Notes under the pieces: model-generated
Databases searched by the model: none
What the model was told of the DNA's origin: nothing
The model's input: the letters and a program-made list of their open reading frames with translations, nothing else
In this document: piece after piece, positions 40,101-52,100 of the stretch
How positions within the stretch are numbered: the stretch's first letter is position 1
Layout of the letters: every line of letters starts with the position of its first letter
Assembly: GCA_002633005.1 (NCBI GenBank)
Contig: NMRA01000332.1
Span: 135,121-199,120, forward strand
Direction: 5' to 3'
Length of the DNA stretch: 64,000 nucleotides
DNA from: Phoronis australis
Taxonomy: Eukaryota; Animalia; Phoronida
Position numbers and translations under genes: made by a program

Positions 40101-43100
40101 AACAGCAAAACTCTGCGCTTGAACGCGCAGAGTAATAAGAATAAGAATAAGAATAAAATTGAAGAAAATCCAGGAACAACAGTACTCTGCGTTTGCACGC
40201 GCAGAGTACTAAAATTCAATGTCACATCCTATTTTTGGACTTCAAAGAGCGTATGACACAACTGAATGAAGAATGAAAATTTATACATAAGGTTTTGCAT
40301 GCCTTTAATTTTGGCCCCAATTTCAAAAAATGGACATCGGGTTTCAGTTTACTAGATTTCCTTCAAAGTTTTGGACACAATAAGGAAAAAAAATACCCGT
40401 AATTATGATGACAAAATTAAAAATTTTCATAAAATACATTACATGTATGGAAAAGCCGCAATATTTCTTTTCTTGGAAAAATTGAGGTGATCAAAACCTT
40501 TGCTATGCCCAAAGTAATTTATGTTATGAATACCATAGGTATGCTTCCTGACAAAAGACGGGAGATAAATAATATTATCCAGGGTTTCATATGGCAAAAT
40601 AAACCCCCAAGAGTTAGAGGAGATATTACTGTAAATAGTAGGGAATGATGTCAACAAGGATTTATCCTTGTTAATTAAATGGAATAAACGTTTTTAGAAG
40701 GTAAAATAAAGAATGGAATATATTCCCAAAATATGTTTATAGAAAGTATTGGGATTGCTTAATCTTAAAATCTAATTATGCTTATAAAAATTATTTATAG
40801 AAAATTTTAACCTATTGTACTCTGATGTGTTATGGTCTTGGGAGCAAATAACAGACTACTTAATTACGTACATGTAACAATATTGCTTTGAAAAATTAAC
40901 TTTTATGGAATAACAAAATATTTTGATAAATGGAAAAACTGCGTTCTACATGAGGTACTACAATGCTGGAATTGTTTTTATTCAAGACTTATTAGATTTA
41001 GAAAGTAAATTATTATCTTGGGAGGTTTTGAAGGAAAAGTACAAATTAAGCAATTGGATAAAGTACAATGCTCTGGCCAAGGATTTGAACATTTCTGATC
41101 CTCAAATTAATGATTGAACCAGCAGCATGCATGACATTGCACCGGAACGGATTGATACGCGATCGACAAAAGAGGTATTACTTTCCAGAGAGATATCAGT
41201 TCCTGATGTCGAACACAGTTTGTTAAAATTATTTGATGACCAGCAAATTAAACAAATTGATATTAAGCCTTTTAAACTGATGCTCCAACCTCATTTGAAA
41301 GTTTTTAAGTATTAAAAGTTTACACAAATATGTTTTAAAGAAAATGAAGATAGTCGAAAACGACAAAGGCTCATTTTGTAAACTCATAGAAACTATCAAT
41401 CATTTGTTTTTGGAATGTGAGCATGTACTTTCTTTTTGGAATGTATTATAAACTTGGATTTCAAACGTTGTTGGAGCTAACCCGTTATTGGTTGAAAAGC
41501 GTGTCCTGCTATTTGCAAGCTTTGGAGATCATTGCTATGAAATGAATCACATATTAACTTTAGCTCAAAACTCCATATATACTTGTTCGATGTCTTCATG
41601 TATTCCTTTACTTGAGAAATTTCAACCAAATTTATTTGACACTGTCAAGACATGGAAAAGTATGAAATCTAGAGAATCACCCTCTGAATTGCTGGGATTT
41701 TTTGAAACCCGTTTTTGGATGCTTTTTTATTTTCTCTTCTTTTCTACTGTATTCCATTGTTAATTTCTGTTTATTGAAATAAACTTATCTATAATAAAAA
41801 GAATTAAAATCAACAAATCCTCTTCCGCATTCGACCATACAAGATGTATTAAGTTTCTTCTGAAATAAACACATTTGAAAACCTTCAATCATGGACACTT
41901 TTAAATTCTTATGTAGGTCAATAAGCAGTAATAATTTGCTTTTTTGACACACTGCTTTCCGACACCGGAAAAACTCAACAATTCCTTTAAGTTCCTTGAC
42001 AGTAAAGCATTCTGACTACTTGAGATTCATAAAGAATGTGCTTCAGCTTTTACTTAAAGTTAGCAATGTTTGCAACAAAAGCATTCCCCAGAATAAGTAT
42101 CCTCTAAGTATTTTATGTACCAAATTCAGTTGCAGTGCGCTATTGACCATTATATGTACATGTGTCGCTGTACTTTAGACACGATGTTTAGCTTAATCAA
42201 AATAATATATCGTTTCAGGAAATTTGTACTGCAACGGGACATGGGACATGCTTACCTGCATACCCCATATAGCGGCCGGCGAAACCAAGTATTTGCCATG
42301 TCCGCCAGGTGCGGCATACGTGAATGCAGGTAAACTATTTTTTAAAAGTTTCGATGTTGCAGTCTCGTGCAGTAAGCTTCCTCTCCAAAGATATGTAATC
42401 GTCGATAGGGGTAATAAATATCTTCACAGACAGGACTATCAACACTTTGTTAAACTGTTTTCAGTTAGACAGTCCAACTGGAACAGTTGTATGAATAAGA
42501 GCAGGGTTCAAAAAGAACTAATTTCACTGCCCTTGCATGTCAATTTCTAAAGGCCAACCGTGTGTGAAGAACACCCATGATTGACAACCATCAACAAAAT
42601 TTTAAGCCACTCAGGGGACTGATTCCCTCCCCGTCGTCGACTTAACCGCTGTGCAACTCAGCAGCTGACGTCATCAAACGTGAAAATAGAATACTTAAAT
42701 GAGCACGCGCAATAATTGCATGTTCAACAAACGGCATTGTAACGGCATTTATACGCAATAAAAACAACATCTTTATCTCAGTAAAATTTATCTCATTTTC
42801 TCCTACTTGTGAATCATCGATCTCCAGTCTGAATGCGTGTGTCGTGTCGTCGGGATCCTTTGACTTGGACATTATACTCAGTGACCAGTGGTAACCTGAT
42901 TTAGCAGACGATATTCTCACTGTGGAAGCTTAGCATGATAAGATGTGTAGTAAGTTAAACTAGTAGCTTAAAAATTATTGTCAGCTTCACTTTATTTCTA
43001 TTTTGTTAATTTTTTAATTTTGTTTTAAGTAAAAATATTATTTTAACAAGAATAACTCGGCGTTTCTTAAAAGGTCGCGACCTCCTACCCCGGCCTCTGA

Positions 43101-46100
43101 CATAGAAAGTACGTTGCAAAAGCCGAGGCGAGTCGAGAAAGGTAGATCGAGTCATTGCTATGTTTATCATTCAGTATGTGGTGTAAATAGATTATTACAT
43201 GTTCTCAGTCGTTACCGCCTCCCCCCCCCTTATCTAGAGCCACTACGAGGGATAACGACTTCGCGATGTAATAATCTATACTTATTAAACACTTTTTTCA
43301 AAATCTACGCGTAGTTTTATCTAATCAACGCGCATTTTTAATCAATTAAAGTTCAATCACGCCCTGTTTTTACCACGCGCGCTAGCAGCCCGCGCAATGT
43401 TAAAAACGGTCAGTTTCCGACTTGGGCAACTGAACGAAGGACTGCTCGAAAAAAAGGTCGGGACTTTGTTCGAGTTGAAAGGAATTAAAAACCTCGACGG
43501 CCTCCTATGATGTCCCTCTATGCCCAAAATGTACTTCTGTTAAGGTGACTTTGACCTTTTAGTCAGTGTGAGGCATAGATCGCCGAAAAGCTTTTAAGCT
43601 TTTAAGCTTAAAAGGCGTATGAAACTCTACTGGAACCAGTCGTCGAGACGGTGGCACTGTCTAAAAGTACGCGCTGATTATGAGCAGAACGATGATCGTT
43701 TAAGAACTAAAAGTACGCGTAGATTACGCAAGAGTACTCGTAGATTAAGCACATTTCTACGCCCAGAAAGGTACTCGTTTAAGAACCCTTTGGCGCTTCA
43801 TATAAGAAGCACTTGCTGAAATTGTGCAGTCCTAAGGGAACGTGACAGCTATCCCTGGACTGAAACACCACTGCCGCACTTTCTACCAAATGCTAATCTC
43901 AAAGGAATAGTACCTCGGTACCTTTAAAGTCCTTTGTGCTCATATGACACATATCAATTTCACCTTTTGATGAAAAAATAAACCTTTCTACTTTAATTAG
44001 TGATAAAACGTAGATACACTGTACTGGATCATATTTACAAGGTAATTCTGTCGTCATAGACCACGTAAGGTGAGAATATAATTCCCAGTAGTAGTCAGCG
44101 CTTCAAGTGCAACAGGGATCTTGGTGGTCAAATGTCAGGCCAACAGTGACACGGAAGTTGGTGATCTGAGAAATTCTTGCATGTTCTCCGTTCTCGAGGG
44201 TAGACAAGAGTGCTTTTGTATAACAAACAGACATTGCAACCTGAAGTATTCCGGTCTCTTTATGCTTTGGTCACGTATTGGTCGGGTTCCCCTATGATCG
44301 GACGGTGGGAACAGAAGCAGGGTTTGGTGATTTTTAGCGCCAACACAACGCCGACGCTCCCGATAATCGCCCAACTGTGGATCGATACGACATATATCAC
44401 CTGTTCGACGTCACAAGCTTTATATGACCACAGAATTAGAGACTTTCAGTTATCCGTTTTGTAGTAAAGAATTTTTTTTGATGTCAACATATGTTACCGG
44501 TACATGTGTTCATAATTCTCTGAAAGTCCTTCCAAAAATCTTAATGGCTGAGAGATGTCTAATGAGGCTTTCTCCCAACTTTGAAATATCCCGAGGCCTG
44601 CAATATCTGCTTACGTCATTGCCTATCTGTATTTTTTGTCTGTATGGAAACAGATGACATTCGATCACAGTAGATAAGAAACCGAATAACGTCGACCAGA
44701 TTCACTTTATTAAGCATTTTAAAACAGAAACGTAATTAACGTTTTGCAGCCATCACATGGTAAACGTTCATCGAAAATCTGCTCATGTAATGCTCCAATT
44801 TTACTGTACGTAATAAGAAAACACCCGAGTTCTCTTGTGAAATAGCTTGCTTAGCCGAAACCAACATATCTTCCTGGCCTACTCAGGGGTACCATAGAAT
44901 CATACGCATGAGCATTGTATCTTACGCGCGAACCACCTACGAACATATGAACCATGCATACGAACCTATGAATCATGTCTACAAACCCAAAAATCACGCA
45001 TACACTGTACGATTATAAATCATGGGCACGAACCAAAAAATCACACATTTAAACACAAATCTTATGCACGAGCAGGTAAACAAGGTGTTCGTGCGTGTCG
45101 TTCGATGCTCGTGTGTATGATTTGTGTTCGTATGTATGATTTTTGTGGTTTGTGCGCATGATTTTTGTTCGTATGCGTGATTTTTAGGTTCGTATGAATG
45201 GGTTTGTGTGCATGTATCGTAGGTTCTTAGGTGGTTCGTGGGTTAGATGCGATGCTCGTGCTTACGAATTTACGGTAGTCCTGCTATTGCTTATTCCGAC
45301 AAAGGTCTCCTTGTTTAAAGGTTTGATATTTGGTTAATTCGTAGTTTAAGCTTACGAACTCTCCTGGGTTCTTTGGAGTCAGGGGCTAGTCAATAATGAT
45401 TTTCAAGAAGTAATCAAGTTGACAACTCCGCAATTTTCAAATATTTTTTTCACAAACATGTAATTGAACGACAAAATGCTAATACAATACAAAATGTTTA
45501 AAATAGTCGAGCATCAGAATTCCAGTACTATAATATTGTCGCGCCTTTAGGCCCATGGATCTATATCCGAAATAATGCCTTTTTCACGGCCTTTTTACCC
45601 ACACGGCTCCCATATGGGAGTATACGCCTAGGTTTCGCATATAAGCCTAGGTAATACATATATCCCCTGCATAGGCCTATACATTAATTTATGTATAGGT
45701 GCATCAGTTTTGACTACCGTTGTACCTCTTAATGGCAATTACGTTTGGCTTTGTACATTTGGAATTCCTTGGCTTATTTTCAAAAAATAGTGAACAGTTG
45801 TGTATTACTGTATTGCCACGCCTTTACGCCCAAAGGTCTAAATACGAAACGATGCCTTTTTCGAGGCCTTATTTACATCAGTGGTTCACACATTGGCGCA
45901 TGCGCCTAACTTTCTCATAAAAGCGCTGCTCCGCACAGACGCCCATGAACCTAATGGCGCGGCAATAGGGTAATAATTCCTTTACAAACTCGTTTCTTAC
46001 TCGGCCTTGGCAAGATATCGGGGCTTGGAAAGAACTAAGATTGAGTTAAAGGATCTGGCTACAACGTTGGCTTTACATGTCGCGTACATGTATGCATTTA

Positions 46101-49100
46101 AGCAATAACAGTCAGTTATTTCCAAGGTCAAAATATGCTTCTTGTCCGAATAAGAAACAAGTTGAGACCAATTTCAGAACCTACGTACTCTAAAGCAAAC
46201 ATTGAACTTAATTATTTTTTCTGTTGGCGATGCACCACCTACTAAAATGGCTGCCGTAGTGAGTGACCGCTTGCTCATGTAATATGGGTGCTCACTCAAC
46301 TGTTACCACATGTATCGACATTTACGTGGAATCCTCGCCCAGTAAACTAAGGCAAACACAATCATGGTTAAAAGTTATGAAATGTATATATTTGAGTGAT
46401 ATCTTTCGACTGGCAAAATTCATCCTGTGTTCTAAACTGACGAATGTACCTTTAACTTCTGTATCAGGCTTTTCCGCTATACAGGTAACGTAATTTATTT
46501 TAGATGCCGTACAACGCAACTGCGTTTATTCAAATGGAATTGCGAATTTGTTAAAGGATAGGCCTCCCGTGTACACGTATCCACTGAAATTGACAACCAA
46601 AACGTCATTTTTGAGAACTTTCTCCAGCATTAATTAAAAGTAAAAAAAGATGAAAATGTATTTGTTCGAAACCTCTGGTAATGTATACGTATACATGTAA
46701 TTGGTGTGGGCGGACAACTCTTTGAAACCGTAAGGAGAAAGTTGTATTTTTGTCGTATTAGTACGAATGGGAACAACAGTATGAATGATAAATGAGAACA
46801 GAAAATGTTCCAAAAATGAAGTCGTCTGGAAAAAGCGGAGTAGTCTGAAACTATTTTGACCTTGACAGCTGTCGTTGTATAAGAGATGCATATACGCAAT
46901 GTCTCGGTCGTACAACGTTAGAAACAAATTTGTCATGGACTCGATGTAACAACATATAAAAGCTAATGTGCAGATTAGTGGTGTGATACTGCACATTTCA
47001 ACAGTATCTCAGTATTAAGGACTGGAAATGTCGTGTTCACAATGTTTCTTGGAGGTAATTGCATTTAGCACACCCTTGAGCATCCACGGGGGGTTCATAT
47101 CCCAAGGGAATCTTGATGCAGACGGTAGTTATCCCATTCAGTATACAATGTATTCAATAAAGGAGAATTCCACCCACAAAACAACCTATTTTGCATCAAT
47201 TTAGGATCGAGTAATTCTACTCGATAACGGCACGTTCGGTTGCGTTACCTGACACCTGACGGCAGACGGAGGTGTTGCAATTATCCAATGATGTCATTGG
47301 TTTCACACGCAGTCTGTTCAGCAGTTCACAACACGGGTTACTGGTGTCAGCTTATCGCTTGAATTCATCATTTAACATCAATAAATCATCAAACTTCGAT
47401 GTAAAAACCCTTAAACATACACCAAGTTCTTGTAAAACGTGTTGTTTTATCTCGCTGTTACGGAGTTATTGGTATTTGGAAACATCGTAGCCTACAAAGT
47501 TCGGCAGTTCAATTTATCATGGTCCGAAGCAGGAGTTTGGGGTTTGTTTGGAGATGAATTCGAAGTATTCTTCATTGAATAGACAGGATAACCGAGATCT
47601 GTGTTGTTTATACTTGTGATTTTTTGAGTTCTAAACACACAAAACGCTTCTTATCCCGGCTAGTGGCTCGGAACCCGACCAGGCACGTCACGGCCGAACT
47701 GACTCGTTATCCCGGCCAGTCTTGAGTGGCTCGGAACCCGATCAGGCCCGTCGCGACCCTCGGAACTGACACGAACATAAACCGCTTGAGTTGGAAACTA
47801 AACATTCAGTAACGAAAAGACTGTAATAGTGAGCCAGAGAAATAATGTGCACATAATTATTTATGTGAATTTGGGGGCCGTGAAGTCGGCTTCCCCTTCC
47901 ACAGACCGTCAAGGCAGAGGTTGTCCAGAAACAATGATTTGAATAGTGTATTTGTATTTCTAAATAAAGATTCCCCTAACATGTGACCATAGCATATAAA
48001 ATCGATTAATTGTTTCACAACAGCTTTCTGTCAACAAACACTGAATTAGCATGCGCTCACACGGCATCAAAAGCCGGTAACGCACTGGTTTATGCATTAT
48101 GGCTTCTCAACACTTGCGCTCACGAATACTGCAAAGGGTTTACAAAGTGTATCTAATGAGACAGACTTTGTTTCAGTTTCACATAAACATTGGTTAGGAT
48201 GAGAATAATTCATTTTGAAATAGAACGCAGAATAATAAACCTCTGCATGGCAAATCGCGCGGCGCCAATCCCGACTTAGTCAAGAGCTCATCCGACGAAG
48301 ACTTCACGGGTCGGATCGTTAGCTTTCACAGGCTATCAGTTCGAACCGGAACACACTGATCAAGAAATACTAGAGAAGCGCCGTAAACATGCACAGGCAA
48401 CGGAAGGTGTGAATAGTTCTTTGGTAAGCCGGAATTCGTCAGAGAAATCACTGTCTACGAAATGCCAGCCACAGACACGGAGATGTTTCACGGCCTCATA
48501 CTTGCTATTAACAGCGTACCTGTCATTCTTCACTACCCCGCGAGCCACTTCCTAAGCATTTCGGACTATCGAGGAAGTCGAAAAAACGATATACCCGCAT
48601 TCTTCGCAGCTTCATAATTCGGACAAGCAGGAACTATGTACCGCAACATAGCGGCATTCATTCTACAGACGAACCACTGACGTCGCTGCATCGTTTCTCA
48701 TCTTCCTCACAGGTTAACGAGACACCTCTCGGCAGGGTGAGGTCGACCGTGTAAGAGGCGATGTGGATATAGACCGATTAAGACGGTGAAAAAAGACTAA
48801 TTAAATCGGGTGGCATTCTCCTTTAAATACCTTTTTATAATTTTTATTACGAAATCTTCGATACAATGAATATACATAACCCAGAAAGCGCCAAGAGGCA
48901 TTATATCTGAATTAAAAAAGTACAAAGAAATCTATATACAATTATTTTACACAAATACATAAATTAAAAAAAACTGTTGTTAAGATTACAATGACATATG
49001 ATTACGAAAATAAATAAATCATTTTCATACACAATTATACAATTCTATCCACTCACACAAAGAGATTCAATATTATGAAGAAATTTTGATACTTTTTGAA

Positions 49101-52100
49101 AATTCGAAAAAAAAAGTTATTTTCATTTTGGTTGAGTTCTTGACTTTCAGACAGAAAAAAAAATTGTTGTACACTTGGGAATTTTAGAATATTTTTTATA
49201 AATATTGGTGTATTGTTCGAATGTCTGGAAAAGCTGTACCCTCTGCTCCTTGCATACCTAACAAGCAAAGAAAATATGGGCATTTGTTTGTGCGTCTCCA
49301 CAGCAACATAGAGGCGAAATATTATTATAATTATGTCTAAATTTCTTGTTGCTTAGGAATAGACCCCATCTTGATCTGTAAAGTAGTATGCATTTTAAAG
49401 TTATTTTTTAGAGTGACGATTGCTGTGCTTTCTTAAATTTTGGATGGTAAGGAATTCCAGTTGTCAATACAAGTTAATATGGTAGATTTCTTGAAGGCAT
49501 GTCTGAAGGAAGATGGAATAGTGTGCACATTACTTTGCCGCAGTCCTGGTCTCGTGTTAGGTCTTTTGTAGGAGTCCAAGAGGATTTTGTTTGAGTAATT
49601 GTTTATGTTGGTTATGACTTTGAATGTATACATGGACAAGTGGAGTTTACGTCAGGACAGATTGCTAGTTTGCTCCAGTTGAGACTGTTTAGAACCTTGA
49701 TTGTGTTAGATCCTTCGTATGCCCCTGTTATGGCTAAAGCTGCTTGGTATTGTAGTCTTTCTAATTGAAGAAGTATGCCAGCGTTTGCCGATTGGTAGAT
49801 TATGTCACAGTAATCTAGATGTGGAATAACAAAAGACTTGAACAGAGTTTCAAGATGCATGGAGTTGAGATGACGAGAGACAATTCTAATTGGATTGATT
49901 AATTTTTGTACTTTGTGAGTTCGGGACAGTGAGGAGTAAATGTAACTTTGTTGTCTAGTAGCAATCCAAGGTGTTCGTGTATGAACTTATTGGGAATAAC
50001 TTACCCATTGAGTGATAATTCCAGCATTGGATTTGTTTGGAATTGAGTATTATTAGACTTAGAAAATATAAGATCAACACTTTTTTCAGGTTTAAATTTC
50101 ATTTGGGGTCAAACTTGTTGAAATGTATTTTAACGTCAAAATCTATTTTTAGATGGTGTTTACAACTTTGGTTCTGGAGTCAAAGCAGTCTAGAGATTCT
50201 AGAAATTTCTAGAAACATATCGTAACAGCCAATGATATGATTGGATATGGTCATGTGGTTTTTATTAGCCAATCGCTAAATAAGTAAGATTTTCTATAGT
50301 GTATAGAGGAAATTGTACAACAGAACCATCTCGTGGAAGATTCTAGGGAGGATCGTGGCAAGCTAGGGCAAGGGTTAACGAACAGGAAGTTAACCAAGAG
50401 CTTGTCACTTGAATCGTGGATATTAAGATGCTACCTGAATTGTAGCGCCACGAGAGACTGTGACCAGCAAGAAGAATCATGGGTAGAAGAAACTGCCTGC
50501 AAGTGTTGCGTCACCAGAGACCGTGACCAGCAAGTACACTGTGGCAAAACAGTGGGTGTAGTTCGAAGATTCACCAACAGGACTGTCATCCAACAAGTGG
50601 AGAGTCCTACAGCTTGGATAGCTGATATGACATTTGATTGACTTGATTGATTGTAGTAATCTTTAAAGAGTGCGCTTGCGTAGTAATAGTTGGTTACTCA
50701 ATTAACGACAGGTTTCACTTGTCTTATAAGTGGTTATCGTATAATAAATTAATTACAGGATTTTATTATTCTCTCCATCTACGCGCAATCTCAAAGCATA
50801 GCCACCTTTTAAACAAACCCACAGGCAATCTCTGACAACCAACCAGGGCAAGCATACAATCCGAATGCGAATTTAGTGCAAGCTGTCACAAAGTGTCGCA
50901 CTGTTACTCCGTGCCACAATGGGATACGCATCCCGGCGAGGTGTGTACCTCGGGTTCGCCAGACGGTAGGCCTACAAGGCACCGGCTTGTATAGCCTGAC
51001 GTCATTGCTGTCGGCTATACATGATGACAGTGAATGCTTTTTACTCACCTCTCTCCACCAACTAGGAAATGGCCATGCCAGCGGGTGGTGACATGTGCAT
51101 GGAATTGCATTTTTCGTAGAAACGCGGTCGGGGTGAATTGTAACCGTTAAAATAGGCATTTTTTTCGTTTGTACAGTTTACGTTGACGTTTTCATTTTAG
51201 AGAAGGCCTTCCGAACTTGTACAGTCAATGGAACATGGTGGAAAGATCCAGAAGATCTCGAAGCGAGACCAAAAACGAACTACCTTCAATGCTCACGAGA
51301 CGACACTCATGTAAGAACTTGTTGTGTACAGGGTGTTTCAAAAAGTTCACAATGAGTACTGTTTAACCGGTAACCAATAGCCGTTCTCTTATTCCAGGAA
51401 TCCCAAAGATTGTATTGCAATGTGCAAAAGTTGAAAAAGTGTCGCTGTTGATTATCTTTGCAGAGTATTTTCTTCGAGTTTTGGCCTCCAATTAAAACCA
51501 GAGGGGTATAATCGTCGTACACGAAATCAAACTTACCGGTTATCGAGTGGATGACGTCACTTGCAATGGCCTATTTTTCATTGACAGGTCGTTGTTACTG
51601 AATGGTTATACCGTTCCGGTTTCTCGTTGTCTCTTGTCTGTCTATTGGTGGCGATTTTCACATTCTTGGCGTTCAGGTGAGCCCTAGTTCGTTACTAACC
51701 AAAGACTGCATGATTCAAGTTCCATGTGCATGCGCCACTAGGTCAGGCCAAAATTATACGAGAAAATCTATTAATGACTTTGCATATTACACATGAAGTT
51801 ACGGATGCATTACTTTAAAATTTGCATCAAGATCGAGAATTTATTGATAACGAGAGTGTATCGAAGTAGTAGACTTGGCAGTATTAGTATCGGCATCATA
51901 CCCACCTTAGTCTCGGTAACCTGTCAACAGAACAGTCTCGCTTCCACTCTCTGTTAACTACTCGAGAACGAGATCAGCTTACCATACAATGCTATGATCT
52001 GATTTGCGTATGTCAACATTTCGAATGGTCACCATTTTGTAATTTTAAATTTCCAGACAGCTCCATTGTGAAAGAATCAGCGTGCATAAAAACCTCTTCG

